Positions 1-9,986 are shown, counted from the first letter of the stretch. The stretch: DNA of 64,000 nucleotides from an uncultured delta proteobacterium (GCA_963727625.1 CAVSHR010000005.1:992001-1056000), one strand, 5' to 3'. Notes: generated from the letters alone by a model not told the origin. Program-made: numbers and translations.

Positions 1-131
1 ATGCCGACCAACAGATTGCCTTCATGCTGCGACAGGTGGGACCACTCGATGCGTTGACCGCTCTGTGAAGTGACGACCAGCTGGTTGGTCATATTCGCCG
101 CCAGCAACTCGAGGCATTCATGACGGATCAT
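1..131 (-). CDS. ComE-like ThDP-dependent decarboxylase beta subunit (partial, runs off the window)
   Basis: Manual translation MIRHECLELLAANMTNQLVVTSQSGQRIEWSHLSQHEGNLLVG matches the N-termini of the paralogs at 3834-4433 and 7812-8411; ATGA overlap with the upstream alpha gene. Confidence 0.85.
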   Translation of the reverse strand, partial: MIRHECLELLAANMTNQLVVTSQSGQRIEWSHLSQHEGNLLVG

Positions 132-634
132 ACCGAAAACTCCCCGGCGAAAAGCAGCGCGTAAGGCGCGCGCAAAGCGTTGGCCGCCCGCACCGCGTCT
201 TGGATTTTGCCTTCGAGGCGCGCGCCGTCTTCGAGCACCCGGTGTTCGATGCCGAGACCGTTCAGCACGGGAATCGTGTGGTTACCGATGGTGGCGTAGA
301 GAAAACTGTTGCGCTGGTCGGGTACGCCGCCGAGATAACCGATGACGAGAAGAATCGGCACGCCGAGCTGTTTGCCGGTCACCAGCAAACTGTAGCTCGA
401 CACGTAAATGCCGGTGTTTTCCATGTAAACAGCCGCCTGCTTGCCGCCCAGCGTGGCGCCCGCGGCGATGGTCACGGCTTCTTGCTCGCTGGCGGCGGCG
501 ATCAGTTCCATGTCGGGATCATCGCGTATAAGCGGCACGATCTGACTCAGCCGGGTTTCCGGCAAGTAAGTCACGAAATTGATCCCGGCGTCTTTCAGAC
601 CTTGGACCAATCTTTTCGCGAGTTCGTCTTTCAT
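128..634 (-). CDS. ComD-like (sulfopyruvate/phosphonopyruvate decarboxylase alpha-type) ThDP PYR-domain subunit, copy 1
   Basis: YLPETRL, SEQEAVTIAAGA-LGGK and YMENTG motifs; 168 aa; coupled to a beta subunit. Confidence 0.8.
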   Translation of the reverse strand: MKDELAKRLVQGLKDAGINFVTYLPETRLSQIVPLIRDDPDMELIAAASEQEAVTIAAGATLGGKQAAVYMENTGIYVSSYSLLVTGKQLGVPILLVIGYLGGVPDQRNSFLYATIGNHTIPVLNGLGIEHRVLEDGARLEGKIQDAVRAANALRAPYALLFAGEFSV

Positions 635-695
635 GAATAATGAACTGCATTAGCAGAGACAGGAATGACTGGCAACGGGAAAAATACCCAAGGCC

Positions 696-740
696 CGTTC
701 CAATCGTTTAATCGCTTCGCTCCATTCGAGTCGTTTCGAA
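696..740. repeat. Degenerate copy of the GTTCAAnnn 9-bp-period intergenic element
   Basis: cgttccaatcgtttaatcgcttcgctccattcgagtcgtt aligns with 51818-51865 (gttcaagccgttcaaccgctgcgctccgttcaaaacgtt). Confidence 0.6.
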
Positions 741-772
741 ATAAATGCCCATGCCGGAAGCCCGACACTTCA

Positions 773-3031
773 TTACTCCGATTGCTCGCGTATCGCCCGC
801 AGGATCTTCTCCGCCGTAATCGGCAAATCGAAAATCCGCACACCGACGGCGTCCGCTACCGCGTTGGCGATCGCCGCCGCGGTGGGAACGACGGGCGGCT
901 CGCCGATACTCATGCCGCCGTACGGTCCGTTGCCCACCGGAAATTCCTGAATCACCGTTCTCAGAGTTGGAATATCCCGAATCGAAGGAATCTTATTCTC
1001 GCCGAAATGGGTCGTGATAACCTTGCCGCCGTCGATCACGACGCCTTCCATCATCGCGAAGCCGATGCCCATGACGACTCCGCCGTCGATTTGGCCTTGA
1101 TGCATAAGCGGATTGAGCACCGTTCCCGTGCTGTGCGCACTCGTGAACCGGTTGAGCTTCAACTGACCGGTCTCGACATCCACCTCCACCTCCGCCACCT
1201 GCACGCAAAGCGCCGCTTCCGGGCCGGATTCGAAGTTCTTGTAAAAGCCATGACCGCGAATCGCCTCTCCGTTGGCTTCCACTATCTCGCCGTAGGCTAT
1301 GTTCTTGCCGGCCGGCGTTCGCAGCCGGCCGTCGCCCGTCAATGACAGCAGCTCCTTGGCAATTCCCAATGACCGACCGGCAGCGTCCAGCAATTGCTCT
1401 TTCGCTTGGATTGCCGCCAGCCGTGTGGCGTTGCCGAAAATGCGCGTCCCCCGGCTCGCGCCGATGCCGGTGTCGGGTCCAACCCGGCTCGTATCCAATG
1501 TCTCGATGCGAATCTGCTGCAGCGAAACTTTCAGCTCTTCAGCCGCGACCAGCCGCATCGCCGTGTGCGTGCCCGCGCCCTGATCGAGCATCGCCGTAGA
1601 GACCGAGATGATCCCAGCTCCGTCGATCGTCACGAAGGCGTGGCATTCACCTCCCAACGGCAGCCATTGGGCGATCGCCGCCCCGCGCCCGGTATGTTTT
1701 CGCTTCGGTCGCCGGTAGCCGGAGCGCTCGAGCGCGCCGTCGAGAATTTCGTCGCTCTTGATATGCGGCACCTTGTGGCCGATTGGCGAGACATCGCCGT
1801 CACGCATCAGATTCTTTTTCCGAAACGCGATCGGGTCCATGGCCAATCGGCGCGCGATCAAGTCCATCTGCGACTCATTGGCGAAAAAACCCTGCGGGTC
1901 GCCCGGCGCCCGCATGTGGCCGCAAGGAATCTTGTTGGTGTAGACGATTTTCTCTTCGATATAGACGTTGGGGATATTATACGGCCCGGCGGCTTCTTTC
2001 GGACCGACCAAATAACCCTGGGGCTTGAACGCGCCGTAAGCGCCGCTGTCGAAAACATACTCCATTTGATGGGCCACGAGCCGGCCGTCTTTTTTAACGC
2101 CGCTTTTCACCCGCACGATCGCGGCGTGGCGCGGATTGCCGGCGACAAACTCTTCGGCATAGTCCATCACCATTTTCACCGGCCTGCCGCTCTTGAGCGA
2201 CAGGAGATAACAAATCGGCACGTCCATGAAGTCGCCCTTGCCGCCGAAGCAGCCGCCGATGAAAACCGGCCGGACGATAAAATCTTCGGTGTTTTTTCGG
2301 AATGCCGTGGCCATCTGCTCGCGCAGGGCGAAGGGGACCTTAGAGCAAGCCCAAATGTCGCTGGCGCTGCCGTCGCGCGCCTGCACGACGCAGGCATGCG
2401 GCTCGATGTAAGCTTGATGGACCGGTTGGGTCGTAAACATGTTTTCCACGATCAGATCGGCTTCGCGGAGTCCTGACTCGACATCGCCTTTGCGCCAATG
2501 CATGTTAACGAACACGTTGGTCGGCGCGTCGATCGGATGGAGCAGTCCGCGATAGCTTTGCACCCCGGGATGGAGCTGCGCGGCCGAAGGCTTGACCGCC
2601 TCGAGCGGGTCGAGCAACGCCGGCATTTCCTCATACTCGACCTCGATCAGACCCAGCGCTTCTTCAGCGATCGCCTCGCTCTCCGCCGCCACCGCCGCGA
2701 CTTTTTCGCCGATAAACCGAACCACGCCGTCGGCCAGAATCGGCATGTCGTAGATTTTCCGCCCGATCAAAAGGCCTTTGACGTCTTCTCCGGTCGCAAC
2801 GGCATGCACGCCGGGCAATTCCAGCGCGTGGACCGCGTCGATCTTTTTGATCCGCCCGTAGGAGATCGGACTGCGCAGAACTTTGCACCGGAGCATGCCC
2901 GGCAAGTCGACATCGGCGGCATAGATCGCCCCCCCCGAAACCTTTTCGGGGCCTTCCAGCCGCTGCGTCGGCGTGCCGATGATCTTTCTCGGCGCCGTTT
3001 TAGGGCGCGCCCGGGCGACTTTTTTTTTCAC
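773..3031 (-). CDS. Xanthine dehydrogenase/aldehyde oxidoreductase family molybdopterin-binding large subunit
   Basis: HQAYIEPH, IGGCFGGK, MRAPG, NPLMHQGQIDGG, IGEPPVVP and DLPITAEK motifs; lacks the CODH AYxCSFR motif. Confidence 0.9.
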   Translation of the reverse strand: MKKKVARARPKTAPRKIIGTPTQRLEGPEKVSGGAIYAADVDLPGMLRCKVLRSPISYGRIKKIDAVHALELPGVHAVATGEDVKGLLIGRKIYDMPILADGVVRFIGEKVAAVAAESEAIAEEALGLIEVEYEEMPALLDPLEAVKPSAAQLHPGVQSYRGLLHPIDAPTNVFVNMHWRKGDVESGLREADLIVENMFTTQPVHQAYIEPHACVVQARDGSASDIWACSKVPFALREQMATAFRKNTEDFIVRPVFIGGCFGGKGDFMDVPICYLLSLKSGRPVKMVMDYAEEFVAGNPRHAAIVRVKSGVKKDGRLVAHQMEYVFDSGAYGAFKPQGYLVGPKEAAGPYNIPNVYIEEKIVYTNKIPCGHMRAPGDPQGFFANESQMDLIARRLAMDPIAFRKKNLMRDGDVSPIGHKVPHIKSDEILDGALERSGYRRPKRKHTGRGAAIAQWLPLGGECHAFVTIDGAGIISVSTAMLDQGAGTHTAMRLVAAEELKVSLQQIRIETLDTSRVGPDTGIGASRGTRIFGNATRLAAIQAKEQLLDAAGRSLGIAKELLSLTGDGRLRTPAGKNIAYGEIVEANGEAIRGHGFYKNFESGPEAALCVQVAEVEVDVETGQLKLNRFTSAHSTGTVLNPLMHQGQIDGGVVMGIGFAMMEGVVIDGGKVITTHFGENKIPSIRDIPTLRTVIQEFPVGNGPYGGMSIGEPPVVPTAAAIANAVADAVGVRIFDLPITAEKILRAIREQSE

Positions 3032-3035
3032 TTCA

Positions 3036-3803
3036 CTACTTTCCCGATGAAGGCTTGCCGGCAGCGGCGAAAGCGGCTTGCAAGCACACGCCGTGCAAGT
3101 CGACGGCGGTCAAGCCACAATATTCCAAACTGTAGCCGGGCCGCGCTTGCGCCATGCCGTCTTCCAAGAGTGTTTTAAAGACCAAGCGGCGAAAACTCCC
3201 ATGACCCATCACGCCGGCGTGCTCTTTGAGATCCGCCTCTTCGTGCGTGGAAAAATACACCGCTTGCTCGCGCGTGAGGCCATAATGGGTCGTCAGGGCC
3301 TTGTAGAAATCCGCGGACCAGTAGCCTGTCTGCTCTTCGGTAGCGCCGGCGGCATAGAATTCCGCCATGGTCCCTTCCCACAAAAGCGATCTTTTGAAAT
3401 CGAGCTTGGCGCGAAACTCGGCCAACATCGGCGCCAGAAAAATATCATCCTCGGCGATGCCCAGGGCCTTCGCCGTTTCCACCACCACATGCACATGACC
3501 CGGCGGCTCGGGGTGAATCAGTTCGTCGGCGAGCTTTTCCGCCATGCGCGCCATGAGGTCGCGATGTTTGCGAAAAAACGAAATATGCTTATGGTACGAC
3601 GCCGCCTCCACCGTGTTGATCTCTATGGTATAAGAGCCCCAGTTTTTGAAAAATGTCCGAAGCGCCTCTACCGGCAGCGTGCCGGCTCTCAACTGTTGCA
3701 TGAAGGGTGAATCGGTGACGCGCGCGCGCCATCGCGCGGCGACTTTCCGATAGTGCTCGTCGACGTATTCGCCGGCGCGATCGTTTCCCTTGGTTCCGGT
3801 CAT
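3036..3803 (-). CDS. Heme-oxygenase-like diiron protein (TenA/PqqC/CADD family)
   Basis: DELIHPEPPGH and YFSTHEEADLKEH resemble the CADD/PqqC metal-ligand segments. Confidence 0.7.
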   Translation of the reverse strand: MTGTKGNDRAGEYVDEHYRKVAARWRARVTDSPFMQQLRAGTLPVEALRTFFKNWGSYTIEINTVEAASYHKHISFFRKHRDLMARMAEKLADELIHPEPPGHVHVVVETAKALGIAEDDIFLAPMLAEFRAKLDFKRSLLWEGTMAEFYAAGATEEQTGYWSADFYKALTTHYGLTREQAVYFSTHEEADLKEHAGVMGHGSFRRLVFKTLLEDGMAQARPGYSLEYCGLTAVDLHGVCLQAAFAAAGKPSSGK

Positions 3804-3833
3804 GGATCTCTCCCTTTGCGCTAGATGGTTCGA

Positions 3834-4433
3834 TCAGCCGCGGCCGCGGAAGATCGGTTTGCCTTCGCTTCGCTCGAGATAACGGACAAACTGATACTTG
3901 TTCTCCATCGGATCCAGATCGGTGCGCGTGATCTCCCGGTGGGCGACGCTCTCCTCGACCTTGCAGACGATAAATTTGAGCTGAGCCCCGTTCAGCGCCG
4001 TGTCCAGCTCCCGTTGGAAAGTTTCAAGATCGCGCACGGTCGCGGCCTGCTCGATTCCCGCCCCTCGCGCCATCATCGCTAAATCGGTTTTGCCCGCCGT
4101 CGCCGTCGGTTCGCTGATCCGCGTGCCACTGTACGCCTGGTTGTCGAAAACCAAGACGATCAAGTTTTTTGGATCGAGATTAGCCAGCGTCGCGAGATTG
4201 AACAGCGAGAGCAGCACACTGCCGTCCGATTCCAAGACGATGACCTTGCGCCGGGGCAAGCCAATGGCCAGGCCTATCCCTACGCCGAGCGCCGTTCCCA
4301 TAGTGCCGACCAAGAGATTGCCCGGGTGTTGCGATAAACTCGCCCACTCGATTTTCTGTCCGCTGAGCGAAGTGACGACGAGCTGGTCGGTAATCCGCGG
4401 CGCGAGCCGCGTCAAGCAGTCATAGCGGATCAT
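3834..4433 (-). CDS. ComE-like ThDP decarboxylase beta (PP-domain) subunit
   Basis: GTMG, ESDGSVLLSL...FDN ThDP/Mg motif; start MIRYDC at 4433 overlaps the alpha stop (ORF-track start is too long). Confidence 0.85.
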   Translation of the reverse strand: MIRYDCLTRLAPRITDQLVVTSLSGQKIEWASLSQHPGNLLVGTMGTALGVGIGLAIGLPRRKVIVLESDGSVLLSLFNLATLANLDPKNLIVLVFDNQAYSGTRISEPTATAGKTDLAMMARGAGIEQAATVRDLETFQRELDTALNGAQLKFIVCKVEESVAHREITRTDLDPMENKYQFVRYLERSEGKPIFRGRG

Positions 4434-4936
4434 CGGGTGAAGTCTCCGGTAAACACCAGCGCCACGGGCAGTTTGAGGGCGTGCATGTGGCGCACCGCGT
4501 CCTGGATCTCGGGCTCGAGGCGCTCGCCGCTCTTGATAATCCGAAATTGAATCTGCAAAGCCTCCAACAAAGGCTCGACGTATGTTCCAGACACCGCATA
4601 AACTGAATTGTTCCTTTGATCGGCCATGCTGCCGAGGTAAGCGACCACGAGCAGCAAAGGCACACCGTAGCGCCTGGCGATGGATACTAGCGTGTAGCAC
4701 GAGACGTAGAGCCCGGTGCATTCCATGTAAATCGCAACCTGCTTGCCGGCCAACGCCGCGCCTGCGCCGATCGTGACTGCCTCCGATTCGCTGGCGACGG
4801 GCACCAGTGTAAACGATGGCTCGCTGCGCAAGAGCGGTAAAATCTGGCTGAGCCGGGTCTCCGGCAAATAGGTAACGAGATCGATGCCCGCTTGCTTCAG
4901 GCCACCGACCAATCTTTGAGCCAACTCTGCTTCCAT
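4430..4936 (-). CDS. ComD-like ThDP alpha subunit, copy 2
   Basis: YLPETRLSQI, SESEAV and YMECTG; paralog of 128-634. Confidence 0.8.
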   Translation of the reverse strand: MEAELAQRLVGGLKQAGIDLVTYLPETRLSQILPLLRSEPSFTLVPVASESEAVTIGAGAALAGKQVAIYMECTGLYVSCYTLVSIARRYGVPLLLVVAYLGSMADQRNNSVYAVSGTYVEPLLEALQIQFRIIKSGERLEPEIQDAVRHMHALKLPVALVFTGDFTR

Positions 4937-4993
4937 CGATATCACCCAGGCAACGAAATTATCCGAGCCGTCGATGGCGAAAGGAGCCCATCG

Positions 4994-5983
4994 TCATTTT
5001 ATCCCCAACTCCTGATTCACTTCCCGCTGCAGAGAGAAATCGAAAATTTTGGATGCCGCAGCGGGTTCTTTCAACTTCAATAGTTCGGCATCGGCTTTGA
5101 GAAACTCCTCAATTTCCTTTTGTGAGGGAATTCCATCTGCCGTGAACGCCGGTTTGGCCAGCCGATAAGACTCCAGTGCAACAGCAATGTCGACGTGCTG
5201 ATATTTCGCCAGAACTTCGCTCGTGCCGCGTTCGTTTTCCCAGAAATAACGGTTCGCCTTTGCGCGCGCGCGGAGAATACGCTTCAAAAGGTCTCTGTTC
5301 TCGCGTAGAAATTTCTCGGTCACGGCCGTTCCATTCTGCAGGTTGGAAAGATCGTCCATGGCCGAGCCGAGAATGTTCAGCTTGAATTTATCGCGTGCCA
5401 AGATGACCGTCGGCGGCGAAAGGGCCGCCACGTCGATGACTCCGCTGACCAGGCTTTGCAGCTGCGCCGGGACGTCCCCACCCACCACCACGGTGAGATC
5501 CTTATCCGGATCGACGCCGCCTCTGCGAATCAGACGGGTGGCGGCCGTGTGCTGCGAGCCGCCGAAGGTTGTCGTACCCAGGATCTTGCCCTTCAGCTGG
5601 GAAATCGCAGTTATTTTTTTCCTGGCGACCAGCCAAAACAAGTTGCGCTTCAGACTTACCGTGAGCACCTTGAGGGGGATATCGCTACGCTCCAACGCGC
5701 GAATGACGGTTCCGATCCCGTTGGTGGCCTGCACCTGGCCGCTCAGCGCCGCTGCGATCGCCACGTTGCCGCGGATTTGCACGATATCGGCAACAAGCCC
5801 TTCATCGCGAAAGAAGCCTCGCTCCTTGGCGACGTAAAGGTCGATGGCGGCGATGCTCCGGCTGGGAATCGAGAAAACTATCTTTTCATAGGTTTGGCCC
5901 CAAAGCGGCTGGATCCACAACCAAGAAACCATAAAGGCCGGCACGATACCCCACCGGCTGAAACTGCTGCTCGTTGTTCTCAT
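4994..5983 (-). CDS. ABC transporter substrate-binding protein (SsuA/NMT1/THI5 type)
   Basis: Signal peptide, YVAKERGFFRDEGL, LKGKILG, C-terminal FDFSL; start chosen at MRTTSSS. Confidence 0.85.
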   Translation of the reverse strand: MRTTSSSFSRWGIVPAFMVSWLWIQPLWGQTYEKIVFSIPSRSIAAIDLYVAKERGFFRDEGLVADIVQIRGNVAIAAALSGQVQATNGIGTVIRALERSDIPLKVLTVSLKRNLFWLVARKKITAISQLKGKILGTTTFGGSQHTAATRLIRRGGVDPDKDLTVVVGGDVPAQLQSLVSGVIDVAALSPPTVILARDKFKLNILGSAMDDLSNLQNGTAVTEKFLRENRDLLKRILRARAKANRYFWENERGTSEVLAKYQHVDIAVALESYRLAKPAFTADGIPSQKEIEEFLKADAELLKLKEPAAASKIFDFSLQREVNQELGIK

Positions 5984-6164
5984 ATTCGTTCCGTTCTTTG
6001 ATCTTGCCGCTACAGGCGGCACCCAAGGATTCCCGCTTGACGGCGTCACGAACCGGCTAAAAACGGTTCCCATCCAGCGTTTCCGGCTCCGTTGTCCACC
6101 GACGTTTTCCCTAAAATAGTCGTTCGCCCTAAGCACCATTTTCGCCACTTGAGCATCCTTCCGG

Positions 6165-7133
6165 CTATTTCGGGGTTTCGCCCATCTCTTTTAGGACTTC
6201 CCGAGCGATGCTCAAATCAAAAACCTCGCTCAGCGGCACGTCTCTTTCAAGGTTGATATTTAACTTGGTGCTCTGGATCACTTTTTCCAAGATTTTATTC
6301 GACACTATAAGATTTCGGCTAAAGTTGCCCACCGTCGCATCGTAGGCCTGCGCGGCGGCTTTCGGGTTTGTCCGGCCCCACTTTGCGAGGATCTCGATCG
6401 CGCCCTTGCGATCCCCGATAATGAAGCGATTGGCCTTCAGGAGCGCGCGAAGAACTTTTTTAACTTCAGCCCGCTGGTTTTTAAGCTTTTGCTCGTGTAC
6501 TCCGACGCCGTTGACCGGGAAAATTAAAATATCGCGCACGTGGACCAAAGATTTGAAACCCAGGCTTTCCGCTTTGATATCCGCCGGCGGGGAAATGAAA
6601 CAAGCGTCGACCAAACCGGATTGCAATTGCGCGACCCGGCCGGAACTGCTCCCCGCCGCAACGAACTGCACGTCGGTATTCGGATCTAAATTAAAGTGCT
6701 CGGTCGTTAAGCGCGCTAAAATATCGGTAAGCGATCCAAACGAGCTAACCGCTATCTTTTTTCCTCTAAGATCCGAATATTTTTTGATTCTAGGATTAAC
6801 CACGGCAACGTGATTGGGCCTATCGATAAGAATGCCGGCCACTTTGATCGGAAGCCCTCTTAGATTGCCCGTCACGATGGATTGTAAAATCAAGTTGTAG
6901 TCGATGTTGCCGGCGGCGAGAGCGGCGATGGAAACGTTGGCGTTCATCTGAATGAGCTCGGCGTCCAACCCTTCCTCTTTAAAGAATCCTTTGAATTTGG
7001 CCACCCCCCCGCTAAGAAACGACATGTCGGGATTCGATATTGCGATGCGTATTTTCTGTGCTTCGGCGACGCCCAGCGAAAAGACGATTGTCAAAGCCGT
7101 TACAAAGGACGTTAATTTGATTCTCCTCACCAT
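6165..7133 (-). CDS. ABC substrate-binding protein (SsuA/NMT1 type)
   Basis: Signal peptide ending AEA-Q, KGFFKEEGLDAEL, DLRGKKIAVS. Confidence 0.85.
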   Translation of the reverse strand: MVRRIKLTSFVTALTIVFSLGVAEAQKIRIAISNPDMSFLSGGVAKFKGFFKEEGLDAELIQMNANVSIAALAAGNIDYNLILQSIVTGNLRGLPIKVAGILIDRPNHVAVVNPRIKKYSDLRGKKIAVSSFGSLTDILARLTTEHFNLDPNTDVQFVAAGSSSGRVAQLQSGLVDACFISPPADIKAESLGFKSLVHVRDILIFPVNGVGVHEQKLKNQRAEVKKVLRALLKANRFIIGDRKGAIEILAKWGRTNPKAAAQAYDATVGNFSRNLIVSNKILEKVIQSTKLNINLERDVPLSEVFDLSIAREVLKEMGETPK

Positions 7134-7158
7134 TTTTTCTGCGCTCCTTTCTGAAAAG

Positions 7159-7671
7159 TCATTCCGCTTCGGTAAATTCTCCGGTAAATAGCAGCGCGAC
7201 CGGTTGCTTTAAAGCATGCATGGCGCGCATGGCGTTTTTGATTTTGGCCATAATGTTTCGGCCGTCTTTCAAGACGCGATGCTGGATCCCCAAAGCCTCC
7301 AGCTGGGGTATCATGCGCGCGCCGTATTGAGAATAGAGAAACGTGCTTCTTTGATCCTCCAAGCTGCCTATATAACTCACGATCAAGAGCATCGGGACGC
7401 CATAGCGAATGCCGACCGTCAAGAGGCTATAGGCAGAGACAAAAAGGCCCGTGCCTTCCATGTAAACCGCCGCCTGTTTGCCACCAAGGGCAGCCCCTGC
7501 AGCGACTCCCACCGCCTCGGCTTCGCTCGCGACCGGCGCCAACGTGAAAGACTCGTCGGCTGCCATCAGCGGGAGAATCCCGCTCAAGCGGGTCTCGGGA
7601 ACGTACGCGACAAAATTGATGCCTGCGTCCCTTAAGGCTTTGACTAAGCTATCCGCGAGTTGTGGGGTCAT
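7159..7671 (-). CDS. ComD-like ThDP alpha subunit, copy 3 (no beta gene directly downstream)
   Basis: YVPETRL, SEAEAVGVAAGA, YMEGTG. Confidence 0.8.
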   Translation of the reverse strand: MTPQLADSLVKALRDAGINFVAYVPETRLSGILPLMAADESFTLAPVASEAEAVGVAAGAALGGKQAAVYMEGTGLFVSAYSLLTVGIRYGVPMLLIVSYIGSLEDQRSTFLYSQYGARMIPQLEALGIQHRVLKDGRNIMAKIKNAMRAMHALKQPVALLFTGEFTEAE

Positions 7672-7811
7672 GCTCCTCTTTTCAGAACTTGGCGTGCTTT
7701 GCGCGTATCGTCGCTTTTCAAAATTCGTAATCCAAGTTTCAACTGCAAATCATATTCCCAGCTAGCTTTTCATTTTCGCCATGAACGGCAGAAACGCCTG
7801 GCTCGGTTTAC

Positions 7812-8411
7812 CTATCCGCGCCCATGAAATATTGACTTGCCTTCAGTCCGTTCCAGGTACCGCGCAAACCGGTACTTCGTTTCCAATAAATCTACATTGC
7901 TCCTGGTGATCTTGCGGTGGCCGACGCTCTCTTCGATCTTGCAGACCACGAAGCGCAGGCCGTTTTCGTTGAGCGCCGCGGTCGCCTCACGCTTGAAGTC
8001 AGCCAGCTCGGACACCGTTACCGAATGCTCGATACCCGATCCTCTGGCCACCGCCGCCAGGTCGGTTTTCCCTGCCGTCGCGCTCGGATAGCTGATTCTC
8101 GTGCCGCTGTAGGCTTGGTTATCGAAAACAAAGACGGCCAGGTTGGACGGATCAAGATTGGCCAGCGTGGGCAAATTGAATAAAGAGAGCAAAACGCTGC
8201 CGTCGGACTCAAAGACAAAAACCTTCCGGTGCGGCAAAGCGAGCGCGAGGCCGATCCCCACGGCGAGCGCATTGCCCATGGAGCCGAGATTCAAATCCGC
8301 CTCCCGCTTGGAGAGATGTCCCCACTCCACCCGCTGCCCGCTCAGCGAGGTAACAACGATCTGGTCGGTCATTTGCGGCGCCAGCCATTCAAAACAATCG
8401 TAACGAATCAT
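7812..8411 (-). CDS. ComE-like ThDP beta subunit
   Basis: LGSMGNA, ESDGSVLLSL, FDNQAY. Confidence 0.85.
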   Translation of the reverse strand: MIRYDCFEWLAPQMTDQIVVTSLSGQRVEWGHLSKREADLNLGSMGNALAVGIGLALALPHRKVFVFESDGSVLLSLFNLPTLANLDPSNLAVFVFDNQAYSGTRISYPSATAGKTDLAAVARGSGIEHSVTVSELADFKREATAALNENGLRFVVCKIEESVGHRKITRSNVDLLETKYRFARYLERTEGKSIFHGRG

Positions 8412-8914
8412 AGGGTAAAATCCTCCGTGAATAGCAGCGCAAACGGCTGTTTGAGCGCGTTCATCGTGCGCACCGCGTTTTTGATTTTCCGATCGAGGCC
8501 GTCGCCGTTACGGATAACCTGATATTGAACGTCCAGCGCTTCGAGCTGAGGGATCAACTTGATGCCGCGCTGGACATAAAGAAAGCTGTTTCGATGATCT
8601 TCAAAACTGCCGACGTAACTCACCAATAAAAGCATCGGAACGCCGTAGCGCACGCCGACGGTCAGAATATTGTAACAAGACACGTAAACACCGGTTCCCT
8701 CCATGTAGCTCGCGACATTCTTTCCACCCAGCGCGGCTCCCGCGGCGATCGACACACCTTCGGCCTCGCTGCCGACGGGCACCAACTGAAAAGAATGATC
8801 GGCATGCATGACCGGCAAAATTTGACTCAGCCGGGTCTCGGGCAAATAAGTGACAAAATTTACGCCCGCTTCCCGCAACGCGTGCACCAGACCTTGCGCA
8901 AGGGCGTTATCCAT
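8408..8914 (-). CDS. ComD-like ThDP alpha subunit, copy 4
   Basis: YLPETRLSQI, SEAEGV, YMEGTG; ATGA-coupled to the beta gene. Confidence 0.8.
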   Translation of the reverse strand: MDNALAQGLVHALREAGVNFVTYLPETRLSQILPVMHADHSFQLVPVGSEAEGVSIAAGAALGGKNVASYMEGTGVYVSCYNILTVGVRYGVPMLLLVSYVGSFEDHRNSFLYVQRGIKLIPQLEALDVQYQVIRNGDGLDRKIKNAVRTMNALKQPFALLFTEDFTL

Positions 8915-8916
8915 TT

Positions 8917-9921
8917 CTATCTGACCTTTCCTTTATAGAGAGCGTCGATGTAACCGCTGTCGTCGAGCTCCTTGATAAAACGCGCATCGACAAAATCCTG
9001 CGGACGCGCTGCTTTGGCCTTGGGATTGTCATTGGCAATGGCGTCGAGCACGGTCTGAATCCCGGTCAGGGTCGGATACTGTTTGCGCGGATACTTTTGA
9101 TCGGTCGCCGAAAGCTCGTAACTTTTTTCCAGGATGTCCCGGTCTTTTGTCCGCCGCAGATACTTCGCCAGCACCGCCACGCTAGTCTTGCGGTCGGTTT
9201 TCATGAGATGCACCGCCTCGACCTGCGATTTGACATATCGCTTCACCGTGTCCCTGTTGTCCCGGATATAATGGCGCGAGGTGGCGATGCCATTGTGCAG
9301 AAACGGCAAGCCTAGGGCGCCGACATCCGCCAGCTGGTGAAAGCCTTCCCTTTCCGCGACGATACTGGTCGGAGGACTGAGAAGGGTTGCTTGCAATTGC
9401 TTGTTACGAAGAGCGATGAGCCGTTCCGGCGTCCCGCCCACCACGATGTATTTGACGTCCCTCGGCTTCAAGCCGAGTTTCTCCAGGGCGAATTCCGTGG
9501 CCACCAGCGACGCGCCGCGAATCGAGGCGAGCCCGATGATACCGCCTCGGAGCCGCTCCGGCGTTTTAATTTCCGGTTGGCTTAGGAAAATAAAATCCAG
9601 CGTCGCCATGCCGCCGGCCACATAAGCCAGATCCGACCCCCTGAGGCCGCTCTCGATCACCGTCGGGCCCGAAGCCTGAATGAAATCGAGATCGCCCGAC
9701 AGCAAGGCCAGTACGCCGATGGTGCTGCGCGTCCGCACCAGCTCCGCTTCCAATCCGTTTCGAGCAAATATTCCGGCGTCTTTTGCCAACCAGGTTGCCA
9801 GAGAGCCCGGCGCGTCGGAGCTGTAGCCGACCCTGATTTTCTTAGACTGAGCCCATGAGCCGGCGGGACACAAAACGCCGGTTAGGAAGAACAGCGAGAT
9901 CAATACATTGGCTAGGATCAC
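8917..9921 (-). CDS. ABC substrate-binding protein (SsuA/NMT1 type)
   Basis: Signal peptide, WLAKDAGIFARNGLEAEL, C-terminal DFVDARFIKEL. Confidence 0.85.
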   Translation of the reverse strand: MILANVLISLFFLTGVLCPAGSWAQSKKIRVGYSSDAPGSLATWLAKDAGIFARNGLEAELVRTRSTIGVLALLSGDLDFIQASGPTVIESGLRGSDLAYVAGGMATLDFIFLSQPEIKTPERLRGGIIGLASIRGASLVATEFALEKLGLKPRDVKYIVVGGTPERLIALRNKQLQATLLSPPTSIVAEREGFHQLADVGALGLPFLHNGIATSRHYIRDNRDTVKRYVKSQVEAVHLMKTDRKTSVAVLAKYLRRTKDRDILEKSYELSATDQKYPRKQYPTLTGIQTVLDAIANDNPKAKAARPQDFVDARFIKELDDSGYIDALYKGKVR

Positions 9922-9986
9922 CTGATGAAGCCTCCTTGGTGCTACTGTGGCACTGCTACGGGCAACGCCACCGTTAATAATTTGGG

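Noticed and set aside
1394-2476. Long antisense ORFs (also 12606-13706, 37383-38639, 39734-40969 and others)
   Set aside because: Shadow frames of GC-rich coding genes with no recognisable motifs
773-3031. Aerobic CO dehydrogenase CoxL
   Set aside because: The active-site loop is HMRAPG, not AYxCSFR, and there are no coxM/S genes
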